This document shows, in pieces, positions 24,771-32,000 of a stretch of 32,000 nt of DNA. Under the pieces are notes generated by a model. The model ran no database searches and was not told the DNA's origin. It was given only the letters and a program-made list of their open reading frames with translations. Made by a program: the position numbers and the translations under genes. Location: assembly GCF_008000775.2 (NCBI RefSeq), contig NZ_CP042905.2, positions 3,180,001-3,212,000 of the forward strand, in the 5' to 3' direction. This DNA comes from Promethearchaeum syntrophicum. Lineage in GTDB: Archaea; Asgardarchaeota; Lokiarchaeia; Sigyniarchaeales; Promethearchaeaceae. Each line of letters begins with the position of its first letter. Positions within the stretch are counted from its first letter, which is position 1.

Positions 24771-26201
24771 ATGGAAGAGAAACCTCAAAAGCGGAAAAGG
24801 AAATTAAATCTTCAAAAACCGTCTGGGACTATTGACTTTTTTCCAGAAGAAATGGAAAAACGACGGTGGCTTATTAGAACTATCGAAGATCTCTTTAGAA
24901 AATTCGGGTTAGAGCAAATTGAAATACCGATGTATGATTTTTTCGAATTATACAAAGTGCGCTCTGGAGAAAAAATAATTAATGATATCTTTACTTTTTA
25001 TGATCCCCCAAAACACCGTGTTGAGGAAAATCCCCCACTCTATGCATTACGACCAGAATATACTGCTTCATTAGTGCGTTGTTATAATTCAACTGAATTG
25101 ATGTATAGGCCTAAACCTCAGAAATTTTTCTATATTGGACCATGTTATAGGTATGATGAACCCAAAAAAGGAAGATATCGACAATTTACGCAAGCAGGGA
25201 TAGAGATATACGGATCAGACACAACATCAGCGGATGCTGAAATGTTAATAGTGGCCATTGAACTGATGAAGAAACTAGGAATCAAGGACTATGTTCTCAG
25301 AATTAACGATTTAACTATTTTAAGAACATATTTACAATCTAATAATTTGGAACTTGAAGCACAAAATAAAATATTTGGGATCATCGATCGGATAACTAGT
25401 TCTTTACGGAAAGGGGAAATAGGGGCAATTCCAGATTTTAAAGAGCAAGATTATATTGATGATTATTATGCCTCTATGAATGATTTAGGAACAGATCGGA
25501 AGATTATTGAGAAATTAGAATCCTTTTTATATCTAGTGGGAACTCCTTCTAAAGTTCAAAAAGAACTGCAAAAACTCTTCAAATCCGAACCAGAGATGTT
25601 AATAATTATTCAAAATTCAAGGTTGCCAGAAGTCTGTGAATTAATCGAAGCAGCAGGAGTAAAGAAGAATGAGTATGTACTTGATTATGGAATCTCGCGT
25701 GGACTAGATTATTATACGAATACTGTTTTTGAAATAGATGTTCCTTCCCTTGGAACAGAAAAACAAGTTTGTGGAGGAGGCCGCTATAATAGCTTGATTA
25801 AGGAATTTGGGGGAGAAGAGACCCCTGCATTAGGTTTCTCATTTGGATTTGAACGTTTACTCATTGCTTTGGAAAATCAAGGCTCCATTAAAGAAAATCG
25901 CCCCCGAGCGGACGTATTTATTGGAACTAAAGAAGATACTCGTAAATTTGGATTGAAAATTGCTCAAAAATTGCGTAATTCTGATCTCTCAGTAGAGATT
26001 GATATTAATAACCGTTCATTTAAGAATGTAAGTTCATTAGTTGATCGTTTGAAGATCCCCTTTCTATTATTTATTGGTCCAAGAGAGTTTGAATCTGGCA
26101 AGTTTACCTTAAAGAATTTTATTACCAAAGAACAATATCAAGAAATTAGCTTAAAAGATGTTGTAAAAGATATCAAACAATATAAAAAAAACAAGAAGTA
26201 A
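24771..26201 (+). CDS. hisS: Histidyl-tRNA synthetase
   Basis: PSGTIDFFPEEMEKRRWLIRTIEDLFRKFG; motif 2 FFYIGPCYRYDEPKKGRYRQFTQAGIEIYG; LDYGISRGLDYYTNTVFEI; QVCGGGRYNSL; ALGFSFGFERLL (motif 3). Confidence 0.95.
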   Translation: MEEKPQKRKRKLNLQKPSGTIDFFPEEMEKRRWLIRTIEDLFRKFGLEQIEIPMYDFFELYKVRSGEKIINDIFTFYDPPKHRVEENPPLYALRPEYTASLVRCYNSTELMYRPKPQKFFYIGPCYRYDEPKKGRYRQFTQAGIEIYGSDTTSADAEMLIVAIELMKKLGIKDYVLRINDLTILRTYLQSNNLELEAQNKIFGIIDRITSSLRKGEIGAIPDFKEQDYIDDYYASMNDLGTDRKIIEKLESFLYLVGTPSKVQKELQKLFKSEPEMLIIIQNSRLPEVCELIEAAGVKKNEYVLDYGISRGLDYYTNTVFEIDVPSLGTEKQVCGGGRYNSLIKEFGGEETPALGFSFGFERLLIALENQGSIKENRPRADVFIGTKEDTRKFGLKIAQKLRNSDLSVEIDINNRSFKNVSSLVDRLKIPFLLFIGPREFESGKFTLKNFITKEQYQEISLKDVVKDIKQYKKNKK

Positions 26202-26223
26202 AACAAATCCAATTTTTCTTTTT

Positions 26224-26802
26224 TCAGCTCGATTTTATCCTACTTAACACCAAAATGGTAAGCCAAACGAAGAAGCTCCGCAAGAAAAACACAACCCCGA
26301 CAAAAAGGATACTAAATTTAATAGTAGCCATAATACCTGCAATCAAGGGGATAACTGGTGAAAAAACTGAAGGATTATTTAGCATAGTAAGCAGAAGAAT
26401 ATTTTCAATACAATCAAAAACCCCTGCCAAGAAGGGAGTAAAAGTCATATAAAGCCCAATGAGCTGAGTTTTTCCTGTAAGTTTACGGGAGACCAGGAGG
26501 ATTAATCCCGCAAGAAGCGCTCCGTAGCTCAGGATATATAAGAAGTCCCAATATATTCCATTAGCATGCAAAATCATTCCATCTGAGCCCCAAGCTGCAA
26601 AAATTTCAGATATTCGACTAGCCGTCCAAGCAAATTCAAAATCTAAAATGCCATAATTAGGAACTTCTTTTGGTAAGGAAGCAAAGATAAGCTGGTTAAT
26701 TAGAAGGAAAATTGTTAATCCAATGCATGTTATTAAGAGAATTACCCAATTTCTCGGGGATTTTTTCATTTTATCGATGTTCAATTTAATTTTCCTCTTC
26801 AT
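26224..26802 (-). CDS. Multi-pass membrane protein, unknown function
   Basis: About 5-6 hydrophobic segments, e.g. NWVILLITCIGLTIFLLINQLIF, WDFLYILSYGALLAGLILL, FSPVIPLIAGIMATIKFSILFVGVVFFL. Confidence 0.6.
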   Translation of the reverse strand: MKRKIKLNIDKMKKSPRNWVILLITCIGLTIFLLINQLIFASLPKEVPNYGILDFEFAWTASRISEIFAAWGSDGMILHANGIYWDFLYILSYGALLAGLILLVSRKLTGKTQLIGLYMTFTPFLAGVFDCIENILLLTMLNNPSVFSPVIPLIAGIMATIKFSILFVGVVFFLRSFFVWLTILVLSRIKSS

Positions 26803-27637
26803 CTTTAAAATTAGGAACTTTTTTCTTAAAAGCGAGGTCTTCTAAGGATACTACGGAATTACCTGAATTTTTAGTATATTTATTTTTTTTGTCAAAATCC
26901 GAAAGAATATTCATAAGATCTGGGTCATTTTTACTTGATTTTTTATTGTTATCTCCAGATTTTTTATTTTTTTTATCGTGGTTTTCTTCTGAAATCCTGA
27001 TTGGTGATGTTTCTGATGACCATTCAATCCAATCTTCGGTTTTCTCCGATGAAAGACGTTTCGGGATTGGAGTCAGTGTATATTTTTTTTGAGAATCGTG
27101 GGAAGGATGAGAATTTTGGATTTGTTTAGGTTTTACAAGATTAGAAGTATTCTGAGATTTTTTAATAGGTATAGGTTTGGGAGGTTTCTTTAGATTTTCT
27201 CTTGATGTTTCTGAAATATTTACAACTGTTTCTTTAAAAATTTCAACTAAATCAGGGTATTGGGAAATATCATCTTTAAGTTTTTGCAATTCTGTAAAAT
27301 CTGATTTATCTTCCCAATTTTCAGTTGCAGTTTTTTTTAATTGTTCAGCTTTGAAAGTTTTTCCAGTAATTTTTTCCAATCGTTCGATCATTTCTTTTAA
27401 GTACATCACAATTTCTGTCTGCGTTAAATCCCTGCTTGAAATTTCACTTGATCTGTATTTAGTTTGGAAATAGGAATACTCATCAGATATTAACCCAAAG
27501 ATTTTAGTAATTGATATAAACTGATCTACTAAAAGAAATATCGATATATGGGCTTTTTTTTGTTGCAATTCACGGATAAACTTTGAAAAATCTAAATTTA
27601 GCTGATCAAATGAATCTGGATTATCTTTCATTCTCAA
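26786..27637 (-). CDS. Hypothetical protein with helical N-terminus and disordered charged C-terminus
   Basis: Long clean ORF in tandem with the downstream membrane protein gene (17-nt overlap); no family recognised. Confidence 0.55.
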   Translation of the reverse strand: MRMKDNPDSFDQLNLDFSKFIRELQQKKAHISIFLLVDQFISITKIFGLISDEYSYFQTKYRSSEISSRDLTQTEIVMYLKEMIERLEKITGKTFKAEQLKKTATENWEDKSDFTELQKLKDDISQYPDLVEIFKETVVNISETSRENLKKPPKPIPIKKSQNTSNLVKPKQIQNSHPSHDSQKKYTLTPIPKRLSSEKTEDWIEWSSETSPIRISEENHDKKNKKSGDNNKKSSKNDPDLMNILSDFDKKNKYTKNSGNSVVSLEDLAFKKKVPNFKDEEEN

Positions 27638-27774
27638 TAAAATTCAATTTTTAAACCTTAAAATTTTTTTAGAAAAAACAAAAGGAATGATAAAAAGAAA
27701 AAAAAAGGATTATCTAATCTGAATCTTGGATTCAAAATATCTATAATTCAATAGAATCAATCTAAAAAAAATTT

Positions 27775-28026
27775 TTAATATCGATCGCGTCGTTCTCGAG
27801 CTTGGAATGGAGCAGCCTCTGTAACATTTACATTTTTTGCTTCCAATCCTTTCTCGCCTTGATTAACATCGAATTCGACCTTATCATTTTCATTTAAATT
27901 TGCAAATTCGTCGTTCTTAGTAACAATTGCTGTGTGATGTACAAATACATCCTTGTCTCCTTCATCGGGGGTTATAAACCCGAACCCCTTACGGGCATTG
28001 AACCATTTTACTACGCCTGTGGCCAT
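27775..28026 (-). CDS. cspA: Cold shock domain protein (CspA family); supplied ORF track starts at 28056
   Basis: [37 protein letters not shown]1/RNP2 motifs. Confidence 0.93.
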   Translation of the reverse strand: MATGVVKWFNARKGFGFITPDEGDKDVFVHHTAIVTKNDEFANLNENDKVEFDVNQGEKGLEAKNVNVTEAAPFQARERRDRY

Positions 28027-28263
28027 ATTTTTCACGTATTTTATATATTTTTTCAAAGGAATTTTTGAATTTTTTAAAATTGGTAATTTGAATCTAAGAA
28101 ATATTACATTATTGAAAAGAAGAATTTATTCCAAAAGAACCATGTTCTATTAAAAATTTTCTGCTCTCATTGCAGACTACTAATCTTACCTAAGAAAAAT
28201 AATCATCCTTCTGTATAAAAGTTTCTGATAATAATTTTCAAATTCGATGAATAATATTTAATT

Positions 28264-29100
28264 TTGAAAAATCTCATGCTTGAAAACAAAAAATTATTCA
28301 TTTTAGACATGGATGGAGTGATATTTTTAGGGCAAAAAGAACCTATCCCATCAGGAATTAGAGCAGTCCAGAAACTTCGTTCAATGGGAAAGCAAGTGGT
28401 TTTTTTAACAAATAATTCATCCAAATCAAGAGATTCATATAAGCAATTTCTATCTCATATTGGAATAACGTGTGAAATCGAGGATATCTATACATCTGGA
28501 TATCTTACTGCCCAAATCCTTTCGAGATTATATCCATCAGCAACAATTTTTGTTATTGGAGAAGAGGGGCTAATATCCGAATTAAAATTAGAAGGATTTA
28601 AAATTCTTAATGAAGAATTTCCAAATGTTGAGAATGAAGAACTGATTCCAAACAATATGGAAGCAGATTTGGTTGTTGTAGGTTGGGATAGAAAAGTAAC
28701 CTATAATAAATTGCGAACTGCTATGACCTTGATAAAAAAAGGGGCAAAATTTTATGCGACTAATGATGACGCTTCATTTCCCGCACCGAATAATCAATTA
28801 TGGCCTGGAACCGGAGCAATAGTTGCATTTTTATCGACTGCACTAAACGAGAAACCAGAAAAAATATTTGGTAAACCAAACCCCGAAGGCATTCTATCAG
28901 TCCTTAAAAATTATAACATATTACCCAGTGAAGCGGTGTTAATTGGAGATCGATTAAACACAGATATCCTTGGAGGAAACCGAGCCGGAATTGTCACTAT
29001 TGCAGTTGAAACGGGAATAAATAATCGGAAGGATCTAGTAAATACTCCTCACGATCAACATCCAACGTATTTTTTTACGAATCTTGACGAGCTTTTATAG
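28264..29100 (+). CDS. HAD-superfamily IIA phosphatase (NagD/4-nitrophenylphosphatase-like)
   Basis: LFILDMDGVIFLG, VVFLTNNSSKSRDSY, KIFGKPNPEGIL, AVLIGDRLNTDILGGNRAGI. Confidence 0.9.
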   Translation: MKNLMLENKKLFILDMDGVIFLGQKEPIPSGIRAVQKLRSMGKQVVFLTNNSSKSRDSYKQFLSHIGITCEIEDIYTSGYLTAQILSRLYPSATIFVIGEEGLISELKLEGFKILNEEFPNVENEELIPNNMEADLVVVGWDRKVTYNKLRTAMTLIKKGAKFYATNDDASFPAPNNQLWPGTGAIVAFLSTALNEKPEKIFGKPNPEGILSVLKNYNILPSEAVLIGDRLNTDILGGNRAGIVTIAVETGINNRKDLVNTPHDQHPTYFFTNLDELL

Positions 29101-29170
29101 AGAACTTTTTTTAAGAATTAAGGTTTTTAAAAGCTAGAAAAAATATTTAACTTTTTTGAGGAAGATTTTT

Positions 29171-29980
29171 TTGGAGAAAAATAAAGATATTAACGAGTTA
29201 ATTGCTCGTCTCGGAGATCGTAATACAAAAGCTCGACTCGACGCTGCTAATATGTTAGCAAGATTAGGAAATAAAGCATTAGAACCTGTGACCAACCTTT
29301 TAAATCATGATGATTCTTCGTATCGACGCATTGCCGCATACATTCTTGGAAAAATTGGAAATACTGTAGGAGATTCAGATTCAGTTGAAAGTTTAGTTGA
29401 AAATTTAGTTGAATCTTTAGGAGATGATTCACCAGATGTTAGAAAGAGCTCAGCTCAAGCATTAAATAGAATTGGAAAACCATCAATTCAACCACTAATA
29501 AAAGCTTTAGGAAATATTTCAAAAGATGTACGAGCCAGTGCAGTATGGGCATTAAGCAAAATGGGAAATATGGTAGTGAACCCATTATTAGAAGTCTTAA
29601 ACAGCCCAGTTAAAGATGTACGAGCCAGTGCAGTATGGGCATTATCCAAAGTTGGAAATCCATCTATAGCCGGTTTAATTAGCTTAATGGAAGATCCAGA
29701 CAAAAATACCCGTGAATCAGCAATTTGGGGTCTCGCAAAAATTGGAGCTCCTGCAATTGAGAAACTTGCGGAAAAATGGCACGTAAGAATTGGTAGTGAG
29801 GCGCTTGAGGGAGAAAATGAGACAGATTCTGTTGATATTTCTGATTTGATCTCAGGTGGAGAGGCTTCAATCAAACAGTGGATAAAATTCATGATAGATA
29901 ATCGTGCGCCGAAACCAGATGAATTCACTCCTGAGGTATCTGAAGACGAAGAAAAACCTAAATCAGAAGATAGTGAGTAA
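29171..29980 (+). CDS. HEAT-repeat (PBS lyase HEAT-like) protein; TTG start at 29171 preferred over 29156
   Basis: Repeats such as DVRKSSAQALNRIGKPSIQPLIKALG, DVRASAVWALSKMGNMVVNPLLEVL, DVRASAVWALSKVGNPSIAGLISLM. GAGGA upstream of TTG 29171. Confidence 0.8.
   Translation: MEKNKDINELIARLGDRNTKARLDAANMLARLGNKALEPVTNLLNHDDSSYRRIAAYILGKIGNTVGDSDSVESLVENLVESLGDDSPDVRKSSAQALNRIGKPSIQPLIKALGNISKDVRASAVWALSKMGNMVVNPLLEVLNSPVKDVRASAVWALSKVGNPSIAGLISLMEDPDKNTRESAIWGLAKIGAPAIEKLAEKWHVRIGSEALEGENETDSVDISDLISGGEASIKQWIKFMIDNRAPKPDEFTPEVSEDEEKPKSEDSE
29522..29644 (+). repeat. 33-bp perfect direct repeat, 90-bp period (29522..29554 and 29612..29644), inside the HEAT-repeat gene
   Basis: AAAGATGTACGAGCCAGTGCAGTATGGGCATTA occurs twice exactly. 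Confidence 0.95.
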
Positions 29981-30033
29981 AAAACTCGTTTTATTCAAAT
30001 AATATAATAATAATTTCAATTTTTTTTTTCAAA

Positions 30034-31779
30034 TTATTTAGTTGATTCTTTATTTCTTTCAATATTATAGCGACCGCGTAATTCTATTTGGTTTATTCTT
30101 GAAATTATAGCTTGAATTTCATTTTGATCTGAATTTTCGAATTTAGAGTAACCCAGAATAAATTGATCGTAGAGAAATGGAAAATATTTGCCATGAGTAC
30201 TACTGATAACTCGCTTGAATAAATGCAAATCCATAGCTTTCTCTTCAATTCCAATATCGCTCTCCGCTAAACCAAAATCTATGAAAAATAATTCACCCTT
30301 TTGGGTATAAATTATATTGGATGTAGTCAAATCTCCATGCATACGCATTGTTTGATGGATTTTTGCTAACCAATATCCAATTTCTCGAAATATTTTCTCT
30401 AATTCTTTATTTGATAAATCAGGAATCACATCTTTTAATCTAGATCCCTTTATGTATTGCATCACAATTAATCCCTTATTGGGATTGATTTCAAATATCG
30501 ATGGAACTGGGATTCCACATTTGAATAATTCAATTAAAGTTCGCCCCTCTTTAATTGTGCGTGAATATCGTAGGTTACTATCAATTTCACTAATTCTGTA
30601 TTCTTTTGAAAGTCGATACTTAATTAAAACATCGCGATTAAACCATTTAGAATGAATTAAAACAGCTTCTGCCCCACGTCGTATGATTTCGCCTGTAAAA
30701 TTGAACTCTTGTAAAATAGTTTGCTCAGACTTTTTTAGTTCAATTATAGGTTTCTCTTTTTTAGATTCATTAACTTTATCTTTCAGACTATTACGCCAAG
30801 GAATAGGTACCTCATCCATTCTCCACTTAGGTAAGATTTTAGTTTCAGAAATTTCGGTTTTTTTTGATGTTTTATATTGTAAGATACCTGTCCAAGCAAT
30901 CATTGCTCCATTATCGCCTGCATATTTTAGGGGGACAACATGAAATTCAATCTTATGCTCATCGCTTATATTTGAAATCATTTCCTGTAATCTTTTATTT
31001 GCTGCGACGCCTCCAGTTACTAAAACCGAATTTTTCTCAGTATGCGCGATTGCCCGTTCTGAAACTTCAGCTAACATTGAATATGAAGTCTCTTGAAGAG
31101 AATAGAACAGATCGGCTTGATTTTTTTTACTAGTTTCTTCTTTTGACTTTTTCCAGATTGCAGTATAAAGTCCAGAAAATGACAGATCCATCCCTTTGAC
31201 GATATATGGAAGATTAATATAATTTGTTCCATATTTTGCAATTTCTTCGATTTTTGGACCCCCCGGATGAGGAATGCCATAATCTCGGGCAACCATATCG
31301 ATCATATTGCCAATTGCCAAATCTAAAGTTTCTCCAAAAATCTGATACATACCCGAATCAAAAGCACTTATTATTGTATTTCCTCCTGAAACATAAACCG
31401 TAACAGGATCATATACATTACATAAGAGTCGTCCAATTTCTACATGGGCGATACAATGATTTACTCCAACTATAGGAATGTTTAACTGCAATGATAGAGA
31501 ACGGGAGATTGCTGCTCCAACACGTAGACAAGGTCCTAACCCAGGTCCTTGACTGAAAGCAATGAGGTCTAAATCGGAAAATTCAATATTTGCTTTTGAA
31601 ATGGCTTGTTTTAAAACTGTATCAAAAACCGTGTAATGATGTTCGACAACATCAACCGGTTTTAAGCCTCCCGTTTGGGGTTTAAATGCATCTGAGATGA
31701 GGCTTAAAATTTTCCCCTCATCATTCACTATCCCAACGCTAAATGTATGTGCTGTTGATTCAATTCCCAAACAAAGCAT
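30034..31779 (-). CDS. kae1-bud32: Fused Kae1-Bud32 (KEOPS t6A synthase subunit plus PRPK-family kinase); supplied ORF track starts at 31809
   Basis: N-term MLCLGIESTAHTFSVGIVND, SQGPGLGPCLRVG, NHCIAHVEIG, YVSGGNT; C-term FNFTGEIIRRGAEAVLIHSKWF, MRMHGDLTTSNIIYTQKGELFFIDFGLAE (Bud32). GAGGA precedes ATG 31779. Confidence 0.95.
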   Translation of the reverse strand: MLCLGIESTAHTFSVGIVNDEGKILSLISDAFKPQTGGLKPVDVVEHHYTVFDTVLKQAISKANIEFSDLDLIAFSQGPGLGPCLRVGAAISRSLSLQLNIPIVGVNHCIAHVEIGRLLCNVYDPVTVYVSGGNTIISAFDSGMYQIFGETLDLAIGNMIDMVARDYGIPHPGGPKIEEIAKYGTNYINLPYIVKGMDLSFSGLYTAIWKKSKEETSKKNQADLFYSLQETSYSMLAEVSERAIAHTEKNSVLVTGGVAANKRLQEMISNISDEHKIEFHVVPLKYAGDNGAMIAWTGILQYKTSKKTEISETKILPKWRMDEVPIPWRNSLKDKVNESKKEKPIIELKKSEQTILQEFNFTGEIIRRGAEAVLIHSKWFNRDVLIKYRLSKEYRISEIDSNLRYSRTIKEGRTLIELFKCGIPVPSIFEINPNKGLIVMQYIKGSRLKDVIPDLSNKELEKIFREIGYWLAKIHQTMRMHGDLTTSNIIYTQKGELFFIDFGLAESDIGIEEKAMDLHLFKRVISSTHGKYFPFLYDQFILGYSKFENSDQNEIQAIISRINQIELRGRYNIERNKESTK

Positions 31780-31858
31780 AAAAAATCCTCTTACTCCCCA
31801 AAATCCCATTTACTTAAATAATTATATCTAAGAAAAAAAATAGAAATCAATATTAATT

Positions 31859-32000
31859 TTAGCGCGCTTTATGTTTCGCCGGAATTACTTTTCCAGTCTT
31901 TTTGAACATCGTATACCCACATCGGCCACAATGCTGACGATCGTAGTGATCAGCCATAAAATTACCTGGTCCACATTTAGGACAAGTTTCTCGTGATCGA
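31859..32000 (-). CDS. rps27ae: Small ribosomal subunit protein eS31/S27ae (partial; N-terminus beyond window)
   Basis: Translated by hand: [47 protein letters not shown]27ae zinc-binding signature. Confidence 0.93.
   Translation of the reverse strand, partial: RSRETCPKCGPGNFMADHYDRQHCGRCGYTMFKKTGKVIPAKHKAR

Noticed and set aside
27953-28424. ORFs 27953-28153 (+) and 28203-28424 (-) around the cold shock gene and HAD gene
   Set aside because: Overlap well-supported genes or AT-rich promoter sequence; no family support.
29247-29928. Three antisense/alternate-frame ORFs within the HEAT-repeat gene, including the 146-aa 29488-29928
   Set aside because: Length is a by-product of the repetitive coding sequence; repeated LNTAHTALARTS units simply mirror the HEAT repeats.
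30452-31292. Shadow ORFs in kae1-bud32 (30452-30655, 30683-30943, 30864-31133, 31071-31292)
   Set aside because: Lie inside a conserved fused gene with clear motifs; no independent support.
1-32000. CRISPR arrays, IS elements or integrases
   Set aside because: No regularly spaced repeats, transposase or integrase motifs were seen in any supplied ORF.

Overview
AT-rich archaeal chromosomal segment. The domain is secure from aIF5B, S6e, L24e, S28e, L7Ae, S27ae, RpoN and a fused Kae1-Bud32. Asgard affiliation is only an inference from overall gene flavour. The ribosomal, translation and tRNA-modification genes are interspersed with membrane proteins, regulators and defence-like genes. The observations I rate highest are: (1) an intron-containing tRNA-His(GTG) at 19969-20067 that appears to lack the genomically encoded G-1:C73 pair usual in prokaryotes. 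It has A73, as in eukaryotes, and the HisRS in the same window carries a non-canonical motif-2 loop (DEPKKGRYRQF instead of the usual ERPQ-GRYRQF), which may be covariation. (2) A compact FRG-domain + zinc-ribbon/HEPN gene pair, facing a TIGR02391/Ymh-like HEPN gene and next to an intron-containing tRNA-Arg(TCG); this is a candidate defence or toxin module. (3) A SIR2-like/TPR protein resembling NAD-depleting defence effectors. (4) A 963-aa protein with a TrmB-like wHTH, about 700 aa of coiled coil and a TrmB/PLD-like C-terminus. (5) A cluster of near-palindromic TTATGAAATGATTTCATAA elements between a divergent wHTH regulator gene and a small membrane protein gene. No CRISPR array or transposon was recognised. 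Everything here is from manual reading; no database search or folding software was run.
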